A program made the translations under genes and the position numbers. A stretch of 51,083 bases of DNA, taken from an uncultured Gammaproteobacteria bacterium. Its GTDB lineage: Bacteria; Patescibacteriota; Microgenomatia; CAYQLK01. The notes beneath the pieces are model-generated. The model ran no database searches. It saw only the letters and a list, made by a program, of their open reading frames with translations, and had not been told where the DNA came from. The stretch is from positions 42,542-93,624 of the forward strand of contig CAYQLK010000001.1 in the NCBI GenBank assembly GCA_964418515.1. The letters are read 5' to 3'. This document shows, one piece after another, positions 1 through 10,025 of this stretch. Numbering within the stretch: position 1 is the stretch's first letter; each line of letters begins with the position of its first letter.

Positions 1-54
1 GCAAAAGATAGATTAATAAAAAATATTACAATATTTAGATCTTCATTAAAATGA
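1..54 (+). CDS. 3' end of an unidentified upstream CDS (partial, runs off window)
   Basis: Frame 1 is open from the window edge (AKDRLIKNITIFRSSLK*). Its TGA at 52-54 overlaps the next ATG (51-53) in the same ATGA arrangement used repeatedly in this gene array. Only 17 codons, so it could be chance. Confidence 0.3.
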   Translation, partial: AKDRLIKNITIFRSSLK

Positions 55-926
55 ACAACTCAAAAATTTCTGTATTGATAGTAACTTACAATAGTATGGA
101 TTACATATTAGACTGTCTAAAATCCGTCTATCAATCTAAACTAGAAGGTTTTAGCCTTGAAGTAATTATTTCAGACAATGCCTCAAAAGACGATACTGTT
201 AGTTTAATCACAAAAAATTACGGAAAATCCAAAATAATTACAAACAAAAATAATACTGGGTTTGCCGGCGGAATTAATATTGCAATTAAAAAGGCGTTAG
301 ACTCTAATTCAGACTATTTTTTTATATTAAACCCCGATACTCTAATAAAAAAAGATACTATTCTAAACTTATTCAAATTTAGGGGAGAAGCTGACATTTT
401 ATCGCCAAAAATATATTTTACTGATAATCCAAAAGTTATCTGGTACGCAGGAGGAAAGATAGATTGGAATAATTGTTATGGTACACACATCGGTGTCGAC
501 GAGGAGGATTGTGGACAGTACGACCAAATTAAAGAAATTGATTATTCAACAGGTTGCGGAGAATTAGTAAGTAGAAAAGTTTTTGAAAAGGTTGGCTTTA
601 TGAACGAAAAATACTTTTTATATTTAGAAGATTTAGATTTTAGTTTAAGAGCCAAAAAAAATGGGTTCAAAATTAAATATATTCCTACTTCGAGCATGTT
701 TCATCATAACGCCAAATCATCAAGTGTAGGTTCTCCAATTCAAGATTACTATATTACGCGCAATCGAATGTATTTTGCCCTTATTTACGCACCAATTAGA
801 ACAAAAATTGCTGTTTTTCGGCAATCCTTTGGATTTTTAATTAACGGCCGTAAGGCACAAAAAATTGCTGTTCAAGATTTTTTAATGTTTAAAATGTATA
901 CAGGGAGTATATTTAAAAAAATATGA
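51..926 (+). CDS. Family-2 (GT-A fold) glycosyltransferase, WbbL/rhamnosyltransferase-like subtype
   Basis: 291-aa ORF with motifs VLIVTYNS, ISDNASKDDT, NTGFAGGINIAIK, ILNPDT and LEDLDFSLRAKKNGFKI. Same motif order as ORFs 5046, 16322 and 21496. Confidence 0.85.
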   Translation: MNNSKISVLIVTYNSMDYILDCLKSVYQSKLEGFSLEVIISDNASKDDTVSLITKNYGKSKIITNKNNTGFAGGINIAIKKALDSNSDYFFILNPDTLIKKDTILNLFKFRGEADILSPKIYFTDNPKVIWYAGGKIDWNNCYGTHIGVDEEDCGQYDQIKEIDYSTGCGELVSRKVFEKVGFMNEKYFLYLEDLDFSLRAKKNGFKIKYIPTSSMFHHNAKSSSVGSPIQDYYITRNRMYFALIYAPIRTKIAVFRQSFGFLINGRKAQKIAVQDFLMFKMYTGSIFKKI

Positions 927-1732
927 TAACTGCAGTAATTATTGCCAAAAATGAAGAAGAATTAATAGGTAATGCTATTAAAAGCCTTAAATTACTAACT
1001 AATGATATTGTCCTTTTGGACGATTCATCTACCGATTCTACGGCAAAAATCTCCAGTAGTCTTGGCGCTCAAGTAATCAAATTAGAGAAAAATTTAAATT
1101 TTTCACAAAAGCGAAATACAATACTAAATAAGCTAAAGACAGAATGGATATTTTATTTAGACGCGGATGAGAGGATTACAAAAAAACTTGCAGAGGAAAT
1201 AAAATCAGTTATTGCCTCGAAAAATCCAAGTTCTGCTTATTGGGTTAATAGAAAAAATTATATATTAGGCAAAGAGTTGGATAGCAAAACTTGGTATCCA
1301 GATGCCCAACCCAGACTGTTCAGGCTTAAAAAATTTAAAGGCTGGACAGGGCATATACATGAAGGCGTTAATTTTGAAGGAAAAAAGTCGAATCTAAAAT
1401 CAAATATCGTACACCTTACGCACAGAAGCGTGGCGGCAATGATAGAAAAAACAAATTCTTGGTCAGAAATCGAAGCCGATAATCTCTTTACACTTAACCA
1501 TCCTAAGATTACGTCGGTAAGGCTATTTAAGTTGTTCTTTACACAATTTTTTAAAAAATATATCAGTGACGAAAACTATAAAAACGGCATAAGGGGCGTA
1601 ATTGAGTCGTTTATGCAAGTGTTTAGTGTGATGATTACTTATTTTAAACTCTGGGAGCGACAACAGACCCCAAGTATTAAAGAACAATACAATTTAATTG
1701 AAGATCAGTTGGAAAAAGAAGCAAGCAAATGA
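923..1732 (+). CDS. Family-2 glycosyltransferase, second subtype (paralog of 9207..10025)
   Basis: 269-aa ORF with AVIIAKNEEELI, LLDDSSTDSTAKI, YLDADERIT and YPDAQPRLFRLKK motifs. Alignable over full length with ORF 9207. ATGA overlap with the upstream gene. Confidence 0.8.
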   Translation: MITAVIIAKNEEELIGNAIKSLKLLTNDIVLLDDSSTDSTAKISSSLGAQVIKLEKNLNFSQKRNTILNKLKTEWIFYLDADERITKKLAEEIKSVIASKNPSSAYWVNRKNYILGKELDSKTWYPDAQPRLFRLKKFKGWTGHIHEGVNFEGKKSNLKSNIVHLTHRSVAAMIEKTNSWSEIEADNLFTLNHPKITSVRLFKLFFTQFFKKYISDENYKNGIRGVIESFMQVFSVMITYFKLWERQQTPSIKEQYNLIEDQLEKEASK

Positions 1733-2772
1733 GAGTAGCAGTATATGATCCATATCTTGACACCTTGGGTGGTGGGGAAAAATATATATTAGCAATCTGT
1801 AGTAATTATCTAAAAAATGGACACTCAGTTGATATTCTATTTGATAAGGATTTAAATTTATTAGATATTAAAAAAAGGTTTAATCTACCACTAGAAGGAC
1901 TTAGTTTGGTCAAAATAAATCTCAACTCTCTTGGTTTGTTGGCTAAGTATCAATTTTTAAGAAAATACGACCACTATCTTCACTTGTCTGATGGATCTAT
2001 TCCAATACCGATGGCTTCAAAAAATTATATTCATTTTCAAGTGCCATTCAGCAAGATAAAACCAACAATAATAGATAAAATTAAGCTTAAATTGTTTGAC
2101 TCCGTAATTGTTAACTCTAAGTTCACAAAAAAAGTAATTGACAACACCTATTCAGTGAATTCTGAAGTTCTCTATCCTCCAGTTACTCTTTTTAAAAAAT
2201 CAAACAAAAAAAATATTATTATTTCTATCGGTCGATTTGATGCCGTTCTCAACAGCAAAAGACAGGATATATTAATTGAGGCATTCAAAATTCTTAGCAA
2301 AAAAAATAGGCATTTTAGTTTGTATTTAGTCGGAGGAATTTCAGATAAAGACTTGATACATTTGGATCAACTTAAATCCAAAGCAAGAGGTTATAAAATA
2401 AAGTTTTTTCCTAATTTAAGTTTTACTGAACTATCGAAGCTTATTTCAGAGTCAAAAGTTTATTGGCACGCAACAGGATTTGAGTGTAAAGAGTCTGATC
2501 CAGAATATTTTGAACATTTTGGTATATCCATACTAGAAGCTTCATCGTCTGGATCAGTACCTATTGTCTATGATGGTGGTGGGCCAAAAGAGTATATTTT
2601 AGAAAAAAATAATGGATTATTTTTTACTACGGCTGAGATGTTAGCAGTAAAAACTTTAGAATTAATTAGTAACCCTAAACTATTTTTACAAATGTCGAAA
2701 TCCGCACAAACTACTGCGAAAAAATATTCGGTATCAGAATTTAATAAAAATGTTGAAAAAATATTTTCTTAA
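1729..2772 (+). CDS. Family-4 (GT-B fold) glycosyltransferase
   Basis: 347-aa ORF. N-terminus MRVAVYDPYLDTLGGGEKY and C-terminal EX7E-type motif FEHFGISILEASSSGSVPIV. ATGA overlap upstream. Confidence 0.85.
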   Translation: MRVAVYDPYLDTLGGGEKYILAICSNYLKNGHSVDILFDKDLNLLDIKKRFNLPLEGLSLVKINLNSLGLLAKYQFLRKYDHYLHLSDGSIPIPMASKNYIHFQVPFSKIKPTIIDKIKLKLFDSVIVNSKFTKKVIDNTYSVNSEVLYPPVTLFKKSNKKNIIISIGRFDAVLNSKRQDILIEAFKILSKKNRHFSLYLVGGISDKDLIHLDQLKSKARGYKIKFFPNLSFTELSKLISESKVYWHATGFECKESDPEYFEHFGISILEASSSGSVPIVYDGGGPKEYILEKNNGLFFTTAEMLAVKTLELISNPKLFLQMSKSAQTTAKKYSVSEFNKNVEKIFS

Positions 2773-5053
2773 AATATTTTCGGTATTTATTTTTTTATCT
2801 ACCCTAATTATTTTGTGGCCAAAAAAACTTTTCCCTGGTGATAACTTGGTCGGACTATACCATCCTTTTAGAGACTTATTTTTAAATATTTACCCTGCTG
2901 GATATCCGTTCAAAAATGCTCTAATTACTGACCCGTTTTTGCAAATATTTCCATGGAAGTATCTAACTGTCGAGGCAATCAAAAATTTTAGCCTTCCACT
3001 CTGGAATCCTTATTCTTTTTCTGGTTATCCACTACTGGCAAATTTTCAGTCCGGCGTTTTTTTTCCGCTTAATATAATGCTTTTATCTTCAGGGTTAGAC
3101 TCGTGGCATTTATTTATTTTTATTCAGATTCCAATCACTTTTTTTTCAATGTTTCTTTTTCTTAGAAAACTTTCAGTTTCAAAAATTAGTGCTATCTTTT
3201 CAAGTGTTTGCTATGCCTTGTCAGGCTTTTCAATCGGATGGTTAGAATGGGGAAATATTGTCTTTATTTTTGCTTTTTTACCACTAGCTCTGTATTTCGT
3301 CTTATGCTTAGAACAAAGTTTTAGCCGAAAAAATATATTTTTATTTTACGCTAGTCTAATATTAATTCCAATATCAGGACATTTACAATTTACTTTTTAT
3401 TCATATCTAGTTATCGTATTTTTTGTCATAGTTATTTTTTTTAACAGTAGATTAATAAGCAGAGTACCTCAACTTTTAATTATTTTAATTTTATCGATAC
3501 TTACGGTTTCGATTCAAATTTTTCCAACTTTAGAATTAATAAAAAATTCATACAGGTCTGTTGACATATCCTATTTTGGTCAGGAGGATTGGTTTATTCC
3601 ATTGAAACATTTTATTTCTTTAATATCTCCAGACTTTTTTGGTTCTCCGGCAAGACAAAATTATTGGGGCGTATGGAATCATTTAGAATTTAATTTAAGC
3701 TTTTCTGTAGCTGCCTTATTTTTTTCACTATTAGGAATTAAAAAAAGAAAAATTAATATTTTCTTTTTAATTCTTTTAATTATCGCTTTAGTTTTTTCAA
3801 CCAACAATTTACTTTCTCAGATAATTTATGCAAATCAAATACCATTTATTTCTTCTGCTCAGCCTAGTCGTTTAATATTTATCGTGGTTTTTGCTTTATG
3901 CTGTCTAGCTGCTTTTGGTGTGGATGAAATGTATAAGCTTAAAATTACTAAATTTAAGTTGATTACAGTTTTTGTAATACTAACTTCAGTATTCGGACTT
4001 TTAATTTATTTAACATACGTTAATTTTAATATTTTTTTACCAGAAGATTTCCTCAAAAACCAAATAACAGCAAAAAGAAATCTTATTTTTCCTTTGTTTG
4101 TATTTTTACTGGTATTAATGTTTATATTTTTGTCACGATTAAAACTTATTCCTCTTAAATTATGTCTTATATGTCTTACAATTATTTCACTCGCCGAATT
4201 AACATTTTATGCAAATAAGTTTTTGCCCTATTCGACCAAGGCTTTGTTTTATCCCACAACCAAAATAACCGAATTTATAAATCACGACAATTCTGTTTTT
4301 CGTGTTTCAACTAATGATGATCGAATATTTCCACCCAACATTTCAGCCGTGTATGGAATTCAATCACCTGAAGGTTACGATCCGTTGTATCCCAAAACAT
4401 ATGCAGAATTTATTGGACTAATTGAATCTTCTGACACAGAACAAGTAAAGTTTAACCGTATTGTGAGACCTAAGAATATTAATTCAAACTTATACCCCTT
4501 AATTAACGCAAAATATATTTTGAGCTTTGATAAAGAATTAAATAATACAAAACCAATTTTTAGTGAAGGAATTACAAATGTATTTATAAATCAAAAATAT
4601 CTTGAACGAGCCTATCTGGTTCAGGATATTATTAATGCTAATTCTGATATTGAGAGCAAACAATTTTTGCTCGATAAAGATTTTGATCCCAAATCTCAAG
4701 CTGTTGTTATTGATGTTAATAGTAACAATGTTCTTCAAACTACTAATTCTGAAAGCATCGTCAATATAACTAGTTATAAGTCTAATATTATTAAAATAAA
4801 AACTAAAACGACTGGCAACTCATTTTTAGTTTTATTGGATAATTATTTTCCTGGCTGGAAAGCCAAAGTAAATAATGTCGACACGAAAATATATAGAACT
4901 AATCATACTTTTCGTGGCATTTACGTTCCATCGGGAGAAAATGAAATTATTTTTGAATACAATCCCAACTCATTTAGGGTTGGTGCACTAGTCTCTTTGA
5001 CTTCTATAATACTAATGTCTTTGTTTATTTTTAAAATTAAAAAAAATGAGTAA
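2750..5053 (+). CDS. YfhO-family polytopic membrane glycosyltransferase (GT-C type)
   Basis: 767-aa ORF with many hydrophobic helices over about the first 500 aa. A soluble C-terminal domain ends in LLDNYFPGWKAKVNNVDTKIYRTNHTFRGIYVPSGENEIIFEYNP followed by a final TM helix, which is characteristic of YfhO proteins. Confidence 0.8.
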   Translation: MLKKYFLKIFSVFIFLSTLIILWPKKLFPGDNLVGLYHPFRDLFLNIYPAGYPFKNALITDPFLQIFPWKYLTVEAIKNFSLPLWNPYSFSGYPLLANFQSGVFFPLNIMLLSSGLDSWHLFIFIQIPITFFSMFLFLRKLSVSKISAIFSSVCYALSGFSIGWLEWGNIVFIFAFLPLALYFVLCLEQSFSRKNIFLFYASLILIPISGHLQFTFYSYLVIVFFVIVIFFNSRLISRVPQLLIILILSILTVSIQIFPTLELIKNSYRSVDISYFGQEDWFIPLKHFISLISPDFFGSPARQNYWGVWNHLEFNLSFSVAALFFSLLGIKKRKINIFFLILLIIALVFSTNNLLSQIIYANQIPFISSAQPSRLIFIVVFALCCLAAFGVDEMYKLKITKFKLITVFVILTSVFGLLIYLTYVNFNIFLPEDFLKNQITAKRNLIFPLFVFLLVLMFIFLSRLKLIPLKLCLICLTIISLAELTFYANKFLPYSTKALFYPTTKITEFINHDNSVFRVSTNDDRIFPPNISAVYGIQSPEGYDPLYPKTYAEFIGLIESSDTEQVKFNRIVRPKNINSNLYPLINAKYILSFDKELNNTKPIFSEGITNVFINQKYLERAYLVQDIINANSDIESKQFLLDKDFDPKSQAVVIDVNSNNVLQTTNSESIVNITSYKSNIIKIKTKTTGNSFLVLLDNYFPGWKAKVNNVDTKIYRTNHTFRGIYVPSGENEIIFEYNPNSFRVGALVSLTSIILMSLFIFKIKKNE

Positions 5054-5969
5054 AAAAATTACAGTCGTTATACCTAACTACAACGGGTCGAAATTGCTTA
5101 GACGTAATCTTCCAGATATAATCAAAAATTTTCCAGACTCACAAATAATAATATCTGACGATAACTCAAGCGATGATAGTTTAAATTTTTTGGCTAATAA
5201 TTTTCCCAATATTGAAATAATAGCAAATAAAACGAACAAAGGCTTTTCATCAAATGTTAATAGTGGTGTAAAAAAAGCAAAAACTCCAATCGTTGTTTTG
5301 CTCAACACAGATGTAGCTGTAAACAAAGATTACACAAGGCAAATTGAAAATTATTTTGAAAACGAGAATCTTTTTGGTATTGGTTTTCAGGATCGAAGTT
5401 TTGAAGACAAAAACATTGTATTAAGGGGTAGGGGAGTCGGTATCTTTAAAAAAGGTCTACTTAATCACGCAAAAGGAAATAATGAATTTGGTAGGACGCT
5501 TTGGATTTCAGGAGGTAGTTGCGCAGTTAGTTTAGAAAAATTTAAAAAGCTTGGTGGATTTAATGAAATATATAATCCATTTTATTGGGAGGACATTGAT
5601 TTATCTTACCGGGCAATTAAGTCTGGATGGGAAATATTATTTGCACCTGAAATTGTGGTTGATCATTTTCATGAAATTGGTTCAATTAGAAAACACCATT
5701 CCGCCGACAGGATTACAAAAATAGCTGCTAGAAATATGTTAATTTTTTCTGCTAAAAATATTACTGACAAAAAAATATTGTTAAGTTTTTATATTACTTT
5801 GATTATGTTATCAATTAAATCACTCATTAAAATGGACGCAAACATGTTAAGTTCGATTATGTGGTTTTTATTAAAATATCCAAAAATTATCACAAATCGA
5901 AATAAGGAAACAAAATACTACAAACTATCAGACAAAGAAATCATCAATAATTTTGGCAATGTTGGGTAA
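5046..5969 (+). CDS. Family-2 glycosyltransferase, WbbL-like subtype
   Basis: 307-aa ORF with VVIPNYNG, ISDDNSSDDS, NKGFSSNVNSG, LLNTDV and WEDIDLSYRAIKSGWEI motifs, plus a hydrophobic C-terminal tail. Its start overlaps the yfhO-like stop by 8 nt. Confidence 0.85.
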   Translation: MSKKITVVIPNYNGSKLLRRNLPDIIKNFPDSQIIISDDNSSDDSLNFLANNFPNIEIIANKTNKGFSSNVNSGVKKAKTPIVVLLNTDVAVNKDYTRQIENYFENENLFGIGFQDRSFEDKNIVLRGRGVGIFKKGLLNHAKGNNEFGRTLWISGGSCAVSLEKFKKLGGFNEIYNPFYWEDIDLSYRAIKSGWEILFAPEIVVDHFHEIGSIRKHHSADRITKIAARNMLIFSAKNITDKKILLSFYITLIMLSIKSLIKMDANMLSSIMWFLLKYPKIITNRNKETKYYKLSDKEIINNFGNVG

Positions 5970-7602
5970 ATTTAAAAAACATATCTTAATCCTAAGTGTT
6001 TTATTTATTGCTATTTTTGTACGAACTTACGCCTTTGAAAAATCAGCAACTTCGTTAAATTGGGACGAGGTATCAATAACTTACAACGCTTGGTCTCTTC
6101 TGGAAACAGGTAAGGATGAGTACGGAGATACGCTACCACTGGTGTTTAGATCGTTTGATGACTACAAATCGCCGTTATATATTTATTTAACAGTGCCATT
6201 CGTTGCAATATTTGGACCAGTTGGTAATGTAGTGAGATTGCCTAGTTTGATTTTGGGCTCATTTAGTGTTTTGGGGATATATTTGTTAACTTTTCAATTG
6301 TTCAAAAAAAGAAAGATTGCAATATTTACTTCTTTATTTTTGGCACTTCTTCCGTGGTCCATTCATTTCTCAAGGGTTGCTTTCGAGGGAAATATTTTAG
6401 TATTTTTTATTATCTTTGGAATATATTTTTTCTATAAATTTGTTAATGGAAAACATAACAATATTAATATATCGATTATTTTCTTTGCTATTGGGATGTA
6501 TGCGTACCATTCTGCAAAATTAATTATTCCTCTTATTGTTGCAATTCTAATAATTCTTTACTGGAAACAAATTTTTAGCTTAACAAGAAGACAAATTATT
6601 TTTTCCGTTTTATTAAGCTTAATCCTAATAGCTCCTCTCACATATTCGATATTTTTTTCTGGAGCACAAAAGCGTTTTGAAGATACGAGTATTTTTTCTA
6701 AAAAAAATATCGACCAGGTTGATCCAGCCAGAAAACTATTTGACATTGAAAATGGCAATAATTTACCGTCAAAATTATTTCACAATAGGAGTTTTTATCA
6801 GTTAGATCTCTTATTTTCTAACTACTTATCACATTTTTCACCAGAATTTTTAATTTATACACAAGATAATCCAAGACATCACGCAACAAGAGTTGGTTTA
6901 GTTTTGTTGCCACAATTGGCATTTATTATTTTAGGTACATGGGTATTAGTAAAAAAGAAAAAATTTAACAAGGAAAAAATTCTTGTATTTTCACTTCTGC
7001 TTACTTCTCCAATGGCGTCAGCACTGACATTTGAGGCACCACATTCGATTAGGGCATCAGTTTTAATGATTCCTCTGTCAATATTAGGGGGTTTAGGAAT
7101 TAGTTGGCTGAGTAAGAAAAACAATCGACTACAAAGGATAATACTTGGATTATTAATTATTTTTACTTTGGTTAACTTTTATTTTTATTATCATCAATAT
7201 ATTAGCCACTACAAGTTTGAAACATCACAAGACTGGCAGTTTGGAAGGAAAGAGGCAGTAGAATATAGTAATGAGGTTGAGTATCAGTACGATGAAATAT
7301 GGATATCAAATAAATTAGAACAGTCTTACATTTATTGGCTACTATATTTGAAAGTGAATCCAGAAATATATCTAAGCCATGGTGGAACAAAAGCAGGGTA
7401 TGAAGGTTTTGAGGAAAACACTTTGGGGAAATATCGATTTATAAACATTAACCCCAAAACCATTACAAATGATAAAAAAATATTATTAATTGGAGAGAAA
7501 GACGAATTTTTAGCAAAGCCGATAAAACAAATATTATCCCCTAACAAGGATACGGCTATCGATATAACAGACTCATCTCAATATGAAAAAATTAATAAAT
7601 AA
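5959..7602 (+). CDS. ArnT/PMT-like (GT39/GT83-type) polyprenyl-phosphate-sugar-dependent membrane glycosyltransferase (GT-C)
   Basis: About 547-aa polytopic ORF. First-loop acidic motif SLNWDEVSITYNAWSL followed by DYKSPLYIYLT and a C-terminal soluble domain. ATG at 5959 is preferred; the ORF track starts at an in-frame TTG at 5953. Confidence 0.75.
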   Translation: MLGKFKKHILILSVLFIAIFVRTYAFEKSATSLNWDEVSITYNAWSLLETGKDEYGDTLPLVFRSFDDYKSPLYIYLTVPFVAIFGPVGNVVRLPSLILGSFSVLGIYLLTFQLFKKRKIAIFTSLFLALLPWSIHFSRVAFEGNILVFFIIFGIYFFYKFVNGKHNNINISIIFFAIGMYAYHSAKLIIPLIVAILIILYWKQIFSLTRRQIIFSVLLSLILIAPLTYSIFFSGAQKRFEDTSIFSKKNIDQVDPARKLFDIENGNNLPSKLFHNRSFYQLDLLFSNYLSHFSPEFLIYTQDNPRHHATRVGLVLLPQLAFIILGTWVLVKKKKFNKEKILVFSLLLTSPMASALTFEAPHSIRASVLMIPLSILGGLGISWLSKKNNRLQRIILGLLIIFTLVNFYFYYHQYISHYKFETSQDWQFGRKEAVEYSNEVEYQYDEIWISNKLEQSYIYWLLYLKVNPEIYLSHGGTKAGYEGFEENTLGKYRFININPKTITNDKKILLIGEKDEFLAKPIKQILSPNKDTAIDITDSSQYEKINK

Positions 7603-9223
7603 TAATAAATACCTAATCTTAATATTATTTTTTGGATTTTTTTTAAGAATCTTTAATATTTTTAATTCCCCTCCATCCCTATATTGGGATGAAGTGTCAA
7701 TTGGTTACAATAGTTATTCAATTGCTGAAACACTAAAAGACGAACATGGCAACTTGTTGCCAGTCCAAGCATTCACTGCATATGGTGACTATAAAGCACC
7801 GCTATATATCTATCTAACTGCTCCAATTGTTAAATTATTTGGCCTGAACTATCTAACAGTTCGATTAACATCAATAATTTCAGGGACTATATTAATATTA
7901 TTACTTTATCTTTTAGCCAAAGAGATTACTCCAAAAAACAAAAAATATCCGCTTATTGCTTCACTCTTTATTTGTATTTCACCTTGGAGTATACAATTAT
8001 CCAGAGCAGCATTTGAAGCTAACCTTGCGACAACTTTAGCTACAGCTGGTACGTTATTTTTTGTTAAATCAAGAGTTAAACCAAAGTTAATATTTTTGTC
8101 AGTAATATTTTTTATTGGGTCAATGTATGCATTTAATGGTACCCGGTATTTTCTCCCAATTTGGATATTTTTTCTTGGATTATGGCAATTATTTAACAAA
8201 AGAATTTCTATAAATTACGCAAAATATCTAATTGTTTCAGTATTACTAGGCATAATATTAATTATTCCATTAATTTCATTTGGATTAACTAGCTCAGGAC
8301 AGTTAAGGTTTAATGAAGTTAATATCTTTTCTGATCCTGAGCCAGTCAGCAAATCAAATTCACTACAACTTCAAAATAATAATTCGATAATTTCAAAAAT
8401 AATTTATAATCGCCGAGTATTTCATGCGCAAAATTATTTTGATCACTATTTGGATCATTTCTCATTTCAATATTTATTTTTAACAGGTGATATAAATCCC
8501 CGCTTCTCTTCACAAAAAATGGGGCAACTATATTTGGTTGAATTAATACTTATTTTTATAGGATTAATATATCTATTCAAAAACAAAAGGAAGTTTTTTT
8601 ATTTTATTTTGTTTTGGATTTTGCTCTCTCCAATTGCTGCAAGCGTAGCCAGAGAAACGCCCCACGCCTTGAGAACACTTCACATGTTGCCAGCATTAAT
8701 TCTTACCAGCTCGTATGGAATGATATATCTATTTGAGCAGGTAAAAAAGGCCAAGCTAAAAAAAATCTTATCAAGCACCTTTCTGTTTCTTATATTATTT
8801 CAATTTTTAATATTTTATTCAGATTATATTTATTTTTATCCTAAAAAATTTGCAGATAGTTGGCAGGATGGTTATAGGCAAATGTCTGAAAGTTTAAAAA
8901 AAGTTAAAGATAAATATCCAAAGATTTTGGTAACTGACGAATATGGTCGTGCTTACGCCAATCTATTATATTATTGGCGGTATAGTCCCGAAGATTACAT
9001 CAAAACTCGAAAGGCTAATTCAGAACCATCTGGTCTATGGAATGTATATGGATTTTCGAATATTTCATTTAAACCAACATTGTCATGTGCGGATTCGAAT
9101 AGTGCAGATTTGTTGGTTGGCACACCTAGCGAGTTCAGGGGAATCAATAATCGTGAGGTCATTTTTGATAGCTTCAATCGACCGAAGTTTGTTATGATTA
9201 ATTCCAATGACTGTAAAAAATAA
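7583..9223 (+). CDS. ArnT/PMT-like GT-C membrane glycosyltransferase, tandem paralog of 5959..7602
   Basis: 546-aa polytopic ORF. SLYWDEVSIGYNSYSI and DYKAPLYIYLT align residue-for-residue with the preceding gene. 20-nt overlap with it. Confidence 0.75.
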   Translation: MKKLINNNKYLILILFFGFFLRIFNIFNSPPSLYWDEVSIGYNSYSIAETLKDEHGNLLPVQAFTAYGDYKAPLYIYLTAPIVKLFGLNYLTVRLTSIISGTILILLLYLLAKEITPKNKKYPLIASLFICISPWSIQLSRAAFEANLATTLATAGTLFFVKSRVKPKLIFLSVIFFIGSMYAFNGTRYFLPIWIFFLGLWQLFNKRISINYAKYLIVSVLLGIILIIPLISFGLTSSGQLRFNEVNIFSDPEPVSKSNSLQLQNNNSIISKIIYNRRVFHAQNYFDHYLDHFSFQYLFLTGDINPRFSSQKMGQLYLVELILIFIGLIYLFKNKRKFFYFILFWILLSPIAASVARETPHALRTLHMLPALILTSSYGMIYLFEQVKKAKLKKILSSTFLFLILFQFLIFYSDYIYFYPKKFADSWQDGYRQMSESLKKVKDKYPKILVTDEYGRAYANLLYYWRYSPEDYIKTRKANSEPSGLWNVYGFSNISFKPTLSCADSNSADLLVGTPSEFRGINNREVIFDSFNRPKFVMINSNDCKK

Positions 9224-10025
9224 AGCTATTAAGTTGTCGATTGCGATGGCAACGTACAACGAAGAAAAAAATATTGAACACTCGCTTAATTCTGTAAAGG
9301 GTTGGGCAGATGAAATTGTAATTTTTGACGGATCATCCTCAGATAACACAGTCAAATTAGCCAAAAAATTAGGAGCCAAAGTTTTTGTTGTGGATAATCC
9401 ACCACACTTTCATGTTAATAAGCAAAAAGCAATCGACATCTGTCAAGGAGATTGGATTTTTCAGTTAGATGCTGACGAAGAGTTAACCTCAGACTTAAAA
9501 GAAGAAATTTCAAAAATTATTTTAAATGGCAGTAAGTATGCTGGATATTACATTCCCAGAAAAAATTATTTTTTAGCTCACTGGATGAAAAAAACTGCAA
9601 ACTATCCGGACCCAGTCATTAGATTGTTTAAAAAAGGGAAAGGCAGGGTTCCAGCCAAAGCCACACACGAACAGATTGAAATTGATGGTGAAATAGGTTG
9701 GGTAAAAAACGACATGCTGCATTATGGGGATGTAAGTTTTACTAGATATCTAATTCGTTCAAATAGATACAGTAGTATGGACGCAAGATATCTTAAGGCA
9801 GCTGAGACAAAAATAACCTTTGGTTTTACTGTTAAGTATTTATTTTTTTATCCTATAAAAACATTTTTTTTACTATATTTTCGCCATCAGGGATTTCGGG
9901 ATGGTATGGCAGGTTTTGCGTTTTCGCTTTATTCTGGATTCCATTATATTTCTACGTACTTAAAATATTATGAGTCAAAAAACCAAAGTATTGATCGACC
10001 AGACCCGCTTGATTACTGGGCATAA
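9207..10025 (+). CDS. Family-2 glycosyltransferase, second subtype (paralog of 923..1732)
   Basis: 272-aa ORF with IAMATYNEEKNI, IFDGSSSDNTVKL, QLDADEELT and YPDPVIRLFKKGKG motifs. Collinear with ORF 923. Confidence 0.8.
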   Translation: MTVKNKAIKLSIAMATYNEEKNIEHSLNSVKGWADEIVIFDGSSSDNTVKLAKKLGAKVFVVDNPPHFHVNKQKAIDICQGDWIFQLDADEELTSDLKEEISKIILNGSKYAGYYIPRKNYFLAHWMKKTANYPDPVIRLFKKGKGRVPAKATHEQIEIDGEIGWVKNDMLHYGDVSFTRYLIRSNRYSSMDARYLKAAETKITFGFTVKYLFFYPIKTFFLLYFRHQGFRDGMAGFAFSLYSGFHYISTYLKYYESKNQSIDRPDPLDYWA

